A stretch of DNA of 26,339 nucleotides, taken from the NCBI GenBank assembly GCA_002269645.1, contig NIVC01001927.1:1-26339 (forward strand). The letters run 5' to 3'. The notes beneath the pieces were generated by a model that was not told the DNA's origin, made no database searches, and was given only the letters and a program-made list of their open reading frames with translations. This DNA comes from Macrostomum lignano. Lineage: Eukaryota. The position numbers were made by a program, and so were the translations under genes. Positions 19,923-26,339 of the stretch are shown here, one piece after another (positions within the stretch are counted from its first letter, which is position 1; each line of letters starts with the position of its first letter).

Positions 19923-20268
19923 TTGTGTCGATGGTTTTGGAGAAAGAAATGGTAGATTGTGTCTATGGTTTTGGAGGTAGACAATGGTAGATTGTGTCTA
20001 TGGTTTTGGAGGTAGACAATGGTAGATTGTGTCTATGGCTTTGGAGTCAGACAATGGTAGATTGTGTCTATGGTTTTGGAGGTAGACAATGGTAGATTGT
20101 GTCTATGGTTTTGGAGGCAGACAATGGTAGATTGTGTCTATGGCTTTGGAGGCAGACAATGGTAGATTGTGTCTATGTTTTTGGAGGTATACAATGGTAG
20201 ATTGTGTCTATGGTTTTGGAGGCAGACAATGGTAGATTGTGTCTATGGTTTTAGAGGCAGAAAATGGT
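19923..20268. repeat. 35-bp minisatellite (GGTAGATTGTGTCTATGGTTTTGGAGG(T/C)AGACAAT), ~10 copies
   Basis: Directly visible. Confidence 0.95.
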
Positions 20269-21414
20269 TAATTTTTCAGGAGTGGTGAAGAAAAGAGTGA
20301 CTGAAGTTAATCATTGCCTATAATAAAACCATGGGCCGTATGCAGAAAGCCTAGTCCAGACTAGCTAGTCCGGACTTGGGTAGTTCAGTCTATAGTCTAT
20401 GGTCTAGCTACCCTAGTTCTGCTATAGTAGACTGGTCTAACTTTGTGTTTCTGCATACCAAATCCAAGTCCAGACTAGCTTTTCAAGACCGGACTACCCT
20501 AGACAGAGCTACCCTAGTGAGACCCAAAGGCATCAGTGTGGAAGAGGTTAAGCACATTGTCTCATCAAATCATTTTTAGTAGCCGTACGTAAGGATTTCA
20601 AAGCTTTGAATAATGAGCGTACTGAGAGAGATGCTATGACCAATGCGTCCCTATGACAACAGTTGGTTTCTCAAAAAGGTGTTCTAACTCCTAAAATCTT
20701 TGATCCAATAAACAGTTGTAGAAGCAGCCGTGTTCAATTGCTCATACAAGTGCTCTTAATTACAAAACCTTCCTGACTAAAGCTGCATATATAGAGTTCG
20801 GTCATTAATTGGTGTTGTTAAAGTGGATAATCTGACGGGGAACACGATGGAACAGCGGACACTACTGACCCCAATGCAGCTGGGGGGGGGGCAGTCCTAG
20901 CTCACTCTCTCCCTGGCAACCTAATCGATGCCCGAGCTTTGAACCGAACTCCCAGTCGTAAAAACGTTTCAACTTGAAATTAGCGATTTCATTTACTCGC
21001 TTAGGAAGCGAGCAAGAGGGAGAAACACAAACTTAGCAAATTATCGTCACAAAATCGAAGCCTGTCGTGTTTCGCGGCAAATTTTATAACACAGCGTTTA
21101 CTGAGAATCGCATGCCGACTAAATTGTCGGCATTTGGCCGCAACAAGCGGATCAAACAGTGCCGGCACGAGCAGCAGCTCCCAGCATGATTGCTGCGGCC
21201 TCGGCTTGCCGACGCCGGCGCTTCCCAATGTCCGGATTGGAGGCCAGAATGCTGGCCTCACTGTCACGCCCCAATGCCTAATTTGACTTTTATTATGACT
21301 CAATGAATTTTTATGTACGCTCGTAGATTAACGCGAAACTTTCAAACAAGAACAAAATGTAGTTTTTTTAAGGCTGATCGAACCCCTTTCTTCCTCATGC
21401 CCAGTTTTCTGAAC

Positions 21415-21717
21415 AATAATAATAACTGAGTACACCTGACCAAATTGGGCCAGACGTGCAACCGACAGCTCAGCCGCAGCTATTGCGCGGTGCATCTGAA
21501 AGCTGCGTACGGCTGTTCAGTCCAAGGACTGGGGGGTCGCCACACACTGTCAATTCCATGTACCCCATCTGGCACCCATTTTACTGCTGGGTTAACTGAA
21601 GCAATGCAGAGTTTAGTGTCTTGCTCAAGGACAAAAATTGTTCTGACTGGGTTGAGATTCGAACCCCCGACCTTTCAGTCGTGAGTTCGACGCTCTTACC
21701 ACTAGGCTACAACCCCC
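21415..21717 (-). mobile_element. tRNA-derived SINE (~300 bp) with a conserved-type central domain and (TTA)n tail
   Basis: Minus strand: GGGGGTTGTAGCCTAGTGG (A box 21709-21699), GGTTCGAATC (B box 21665-21656), then TGTCCTTGAGCAAGACACT...ACCCAGCAGTAAAATGGGT, and tail TTATTATTATT. Confidence 0.8.
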
Positions 21718-22540
21718 TATTGTTCATAGTTTTTTAAAATCTTATTGGCTATTGTTTATTCTAAACAATAAACTTTCCAAATCTAAACTGAAATGCCATT
21801 GAAAAGCCTGTGTACAAGCTGTCAGGTACGAGCAGCTATGTTTTCACATTTTCATACTCATATACCATGCACAGCTGAGGCAGAAGGCCCCTGCACTCGT
21901 CAGTCGTGCAATTTCACGCTGCAAAATGCATCAGCGAGATTATTTTATTGTTAGATTAAAAGTACAATCCTATTTAATAGTCCAGTTTGGTAAGTAAAGT
22001 ACTGTATAATTACTAGGGGGGTATAAATCTTTTCCAGAAACAGACATAAAATAGTGTTTGTGCCGCAACCGGTTTGAACATAGAATAGACTCATAAGATT
22101 CATAATCGGATAAAGTCGCCGATTGTCTTGGGACGTATTTCTCTCCTGCTCTTTAATCTCATTCTTCTCCCGTAACCGTTCAATCCTTCTGATCTAGCGG
22201 TCCTGGTTGATCATCTTGCTAACCAGTTTGCGTGAGTAGTGAGCAGTCACTCAAATCCGCAGCCTAATCCGTTAGCCGTTTTCCAACAACTTTAATTGTT
22301 CCGATTGGCTTCCTAAAGACTTTTTAACGCCGCTGTCTGTTTCTCGATTTTGCCGGAGAAAAGCTGGCTGTGGAAGCGGAGGGCATAAATGAGTTAATTA
22401 ATTTGGAATTCTAAAATCCTAGGCTTATAATAGAGTGGGAATTACGAGATTTTAATTCAGTCATTTTAGCTCGTGCTGTCAGTCCATTGCGACTCTAGAT
22501 CGTAAAGTTTTAGGGCAGAAATTCCCCTAGTCTTGGTTGG

Positions 22541-23000
22541 TTGGTTGATGGATGGGACAAGTGGCCATAGACAGTTGGTGGATGGGACAAGTAGCCATAG
22601 ACAGTTGATGGATGGGACAAGTGGCCATAGACAGTTGGTGGATGGGACAAGTAGCCATAGACAGTTGATGGATGGGACAAGTGGCCATAGACAGTTGGTG
22701 GATGGGACAAGTAGCCATAGACAGTTGATGGATGGGACAAGTGGCCATAGACAGTTGGTGGATGGGACAAGTAGCCATAGACCATGGACAGTAGATAGGA
22801 CAAGTGGCCATAGACAGTCGGTACATGAGACAAGTAGCCATAGACAGTTGGTAGATGGGACAAGTGGCCAGAGACCATGGACAGTAGATAGGACAAGTGG
22901 CCATAGACAGTTGGTACATGAGACAAGTAGCCATAGACAGTTGGTGCATGGGACAAGGGGCCATAGACAGTTGGTGGATGGGACAAGAGGCCATAGACAG
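22541..23000. repeat. 30-bp minisatellite (GT(G/A)GCCATAGACAGTTG(G/A)TGGATGGGACAA), ~15 copies, partly a 60-bp dimer
   Basis: Directly visible; two variants alternate. Confidence 0.95.
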
Positions 23001-23815
23001 ACGAAAACCGGTAACTGAATGCCTTACTATAACTTTTGTCTGCGGTCAAGCGGTCAAGCGAGTAAGCGGCATCGAAAGTATTGGAGATTTCCAAGTTCAG
23101 CTAAAGCAGCAAAATTGTTGCAGAAATCGCACGGCACCTTCCTTTGGCCCAGCCAAAAGATTAATGGCATGCAGGTCCGGTCCCGCTTTGCGCAGGCCGC
23201 CGCAACGCAATCAACTATCTGTTTTGGGATAGCATTCGTGTACCAAGGAACGTGTAGTTAGATTAACATTTGCGAAGAAAACATTGGAAGCAGGTCCGTT
23301 GCCAAGGGCTTGCATTGCAGGCGGCATAGCCACCAGTGCAGATACTGATAGGTGGGGCAGACGGTCAGAACGTATGTGAGCGAAGCCGAGACGACTGGCG
23401 CTTGCACTTCCATAAATCAGGGGAAGTTAAGGCAAATAATTCGGTCGGTCAGAGTTATACACCAATTCATCGCGACGGACTGGAAACCCAATGCTGATTA
23501 CCCTAGTAATAGGCACTGTGTAGACTGTATTGAGTAGAATATAATGGAGATAAGAATATGAAATTGCAAAGTATAATACAATACATTAGACTCCAGTAGA
23601 ATTATAGGTAATATCAGAGAAAACTAAAACCCATAGTTCTAGTTGCACCTTGGTTTTATTGCTGGGTAGAGCTTGGTAGAGTAGAAATATTTCAAGAAAT
23701 AATGTTGAGTGAAGAAGAGTGGATAAGACTGAAGTACAAGCGCAGTAGAGTAGACTAAAATAGGTGAAGTAGAGTAGAGCAGAGTAGAGCCGAGTAGAGT
23801 TAAGTAGCTCGTAAA

Positions 23816-24222
23816 ATAGAGTAGAGTAGAGTAGAGTAGAGTAGAGTAGAGTAGAGTAGAGTAGAGTAGAGTAGAGTAGAGTAGAGTAGAGTAGAGTAGA
23901 GTAGAGTAGAGTAGAGTAGAGTAGAGTAGAGTAGAGTAGAGTAGAGTAGAGTAGAGTAGAGTAGAGTAGAGTAGAGTAGAGTAGAGTAGAGTAGAGTAGA
24001 GTAGAGTAGAGTAGAGTAGAGTAGAGTAGAGTAGAGTAGAGTAGAGTAGAGTAGAGTAGAGTAGAGTAGAGTAGAGTAGAGTAGAGTAGAGTAGAGAAGA
24101 GTAGAGTAGAGTAGAGCAGAGTAGAGTAGAGTAGAGTAGAGTAGAGTAGAGTAGAGTAGAGTAGAGTAGAGTAGAGTAGAGTAGAGTAGAGTAGAGTAGA
24201 GAAGAGTAGAGTAGAGTAGAGT
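23816..24222. repeat. (GAGTA)n pentanucleotide microsatellite, ~80 copies
   Basis: Near-perfect run, with a degenerate flank from ~23740. Confidence 0.98.
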
Positions 24223-24929
24223 GAAGTATATAAATGGGCCTACATGTGCCCAAGACAGTTCAGTCTGAACCAGCTTCCCCAAACAGGTAAGCAATTTCAG
24301 CAAGTGCAGCAAATCTCTTTACTGAAATCGTTGTGTTTGGTTGAAGGAAAATTCTAGAGAATTCCGCTGGACGATAAGCAAAAATAGATTAAAGTAAGTA
24401 GAACGGATTTAAGGCCAGCAACCAATCTCTGCAACACTATAAGCTATCTGCTGAGCCCTCAATGTGAGGATTGGGGGTACGGAACTCAGCCGAGCCAGAA
24501 GCAGGATCAGAATATTGCTAAAGCAACAGAAACTAACTTGAAATCGGCGGCCAGAAGAAGATTGGGAAGGGGGGCAGTGAAAGCAGCATGAAGGAAATGG
24601 AGAGAGAGAGAGAGGGGGGGAGAGAAAGAGAGGAAAAACAGCTGGGGTTTCGGCACAAAAAAATCAATCCCTTAAATGTGTCTTCCCCAGCGATCTACTC
24701 TCTACTATGGAGCGACCAGCCCATGGTGTCAGGTTGAGGTCCGAGCGCTCGTCCCTCGGTCTTCATTTATTATTTCTCGGCACGGAGGCGAGACTTTTGT
24801 CGGCATTTTTGGAGTTCGAGAGGCCGATGCAAGAGAGGCTGGGCAGTGTTTGGACAGTTTCATAGAAGTAGGAACAATTTGGCTTTTATACGTTTTGTTT
24901 ACTCAAATCATCCTTGATAAGACCTTTGA

Positions 24930-25098
24930 TGGCCATAGACAGTTGGTGAATTTAGGTACAAGTGGCCATAGACAGTTGGTGAATGTAGGTACAAGTGGCC
25001 ATAGACAGTTGGTGAATGTAGGTACAAGTGGCCATAGACAGTTGGTGAATGTAGGTACAAGTGGCCATAGACAGTTGGGGAATGTAGGGACAAGTGAC
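24930..25098. repeat. 33-bp minisatellite (GTGGCCATAGACAGTTGGTGAATGTAGGTACAA), ~5 copies; related to the 22.5-kb array
   Basis: Shares its first 20 nt and the terminal ACAA with the 30-bp unit. Confidence 0.93.
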
Positions 25099-26339
25099 AA
25101 CGAACATACTGTGTTATAGGTTGTGTTTAGTGGTTAATCACTTTTTGTTGCATATTTTGTCTGCACCTCAGATGATTCCTACTGTGTTTTCGCCACCATT
25201 GTCTAGTCTCTTCTTGTGGTTGTAACACACAGACTGCAGCTTCTTTCAAAAAAGCAGGTCGCGGGATAAGCTTTACTCTGCTCAGGTTCGAATAGATCTG
25301 CCTTCTTGCTCCGAGGCACAGTTAAGTACTAGTATATTGCTGTGTCAACATCAATAGGGAAGTGCTCCGACTCCTGTAGCTTTGTACGGTCCCTGTGTTT
25401 TGCATTGCTGTGTTGGAACATTTTCTAACACCAAATTTTTCACTCTGGGATCAGTTAAGGTCACAAAAATCAAGTGCTTCAATAGCTATGCTCGGTCCAT
25501 GGTTGCTGCATCATTTCACGAGTCAACACAGTGAGTCATCGCTTGGCCATCAATCATTAGCGACTCTTTTACTGCCCGCAAACATCGATTGTGACTTTGC
25601 TGTAGAGAGGGCTGCCGCAACTTCCAAAGACAGTCGATCCGCAGCCAGCATATTCCGCACAGCGAACCCGACTATTCTCATCGTCAGTAATGTACACCTG
25701 GGCGGTTGACCCTCCAAGTCGCAGGTCAATAGCGACTGCGCACGAAACGATCCCGAGAACTTTGGAGTGAGCCAGATGCGTTACCCGCTCGGAGCGACTC
25801 GTCACCCCTCAGGACCGTACGAATCCGGGGTAGCAATAAGTAGAAAAGCACACTTAATATTTTGAACCGAGAACAACCGAAGGACTTTAAGCGACCGATG
25901 TAAAAAAGCGAACAGGTCAAGCATGATGGCAACCCATGCAGCGGGCGCGCGACCGAGCACATGAGACCCTGCCTGCAGTAGCCGAGATCCAGCTTGATTT
26001 ACAGCCAATTCAACAGTGCAGCCCGCGGAGCCGTCCCCGGTCTCCTCAACTAAAGAAACTCGACTGGCTCTGTTTAACTGGCCTTCTGCCCTCAGCCCAG
26101 CTCAGGATTAATCATGCGGCCATGCCGGTCCTAATCGTGCTTCGCAGGCGGCATCTGGTTGCGATGCCGAAGGGGACCAGAAGCCGATCCCAAGGGGCCG
26201 CCCGCGGGCTGTCCCTCTGCAGCTCCTCCTCAGCTCCCTCACTTTTTCTCTGCCGCGTCTCTGTCTTCTCGGCTTCTGGCTTCTCTTGTTCCGTTTGGTT
26301 GGGCCAACTGTTCTGAGAGGAGCTGGGGTGAGAAAAGGA

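Noticed and set aside
22510-24312. ORFs over the 30-bp array and (GAGTA)n (LLYST repeats)
   Set aside because: Repeat translations with no coding hallmarks.
24676-24900. Possible second DEG/ENaC exon after the acceptor-like TGTGTCTTCCCCAG
   Set aside because: The phase-0 translation (RSTLYYG...) does not resemble the expected thumb/palm continuation and has no convincing donor.
17204-25098. CRISPR-like arrays
   Set aside because: Contiguous tandem units without unique spacers, in spliced eukaryotic DNA, with no cas genes.
25962-26264. Short matches to the solo LTR (TGAGACCCTGCCT, GCGTCTCTGT)
   Set aside because: The two matches occur in opposite order relative to the LTR and do not extend; not enough to call a related LTR.

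Overview
Animal (metazoan) genomic DNA; the GC-rich exons and dense minisatellites resemble the flatworm Macrostomum, but that assignment is only my inference. From left to right the window holds: (1) the 5' end of a Ty3/Gypsy (Mag-like) LTR retrotransposon on the minus strand, running off the window edge; (2) a tRNA-derived SINE with a 14-bp TSD; (3) a complete 9-exon CLCA-family gene (4309-12814, +, 3330 nt, 1109 aa, all junctions GT-AG and phase-consistent); (4) a probable 998-bp solo LTR with a 4-bp TSD whose U3 carries four MEF2-consensus sites flanked by AP-1/CRE sites; (5) a large coding exon of a DEG/ENaC channel gene (18575-19447), whose remaining exons were not found in the window; (6) a second SINE, an RTE-like LINE fragment and about 14 distinct tandem arrays. 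The most notable element is the CLCA protein. Its zinc-metalloprotease motif is degenerate (HExxH...D becomes RExxR...A) and the loop carrying the self-cleavage site appears absent. It keeps the structural cysteines and an intact vWA MIDAS, and has a 21x8-aa Ser/Thr mucin-like stalk, a TM helix and a terminal VxPx. This suggests an uncleaved, membrane-tethered pseudoprotease. Coordinates were counted by hand and reference sequences recalled from memory; no searches were run.
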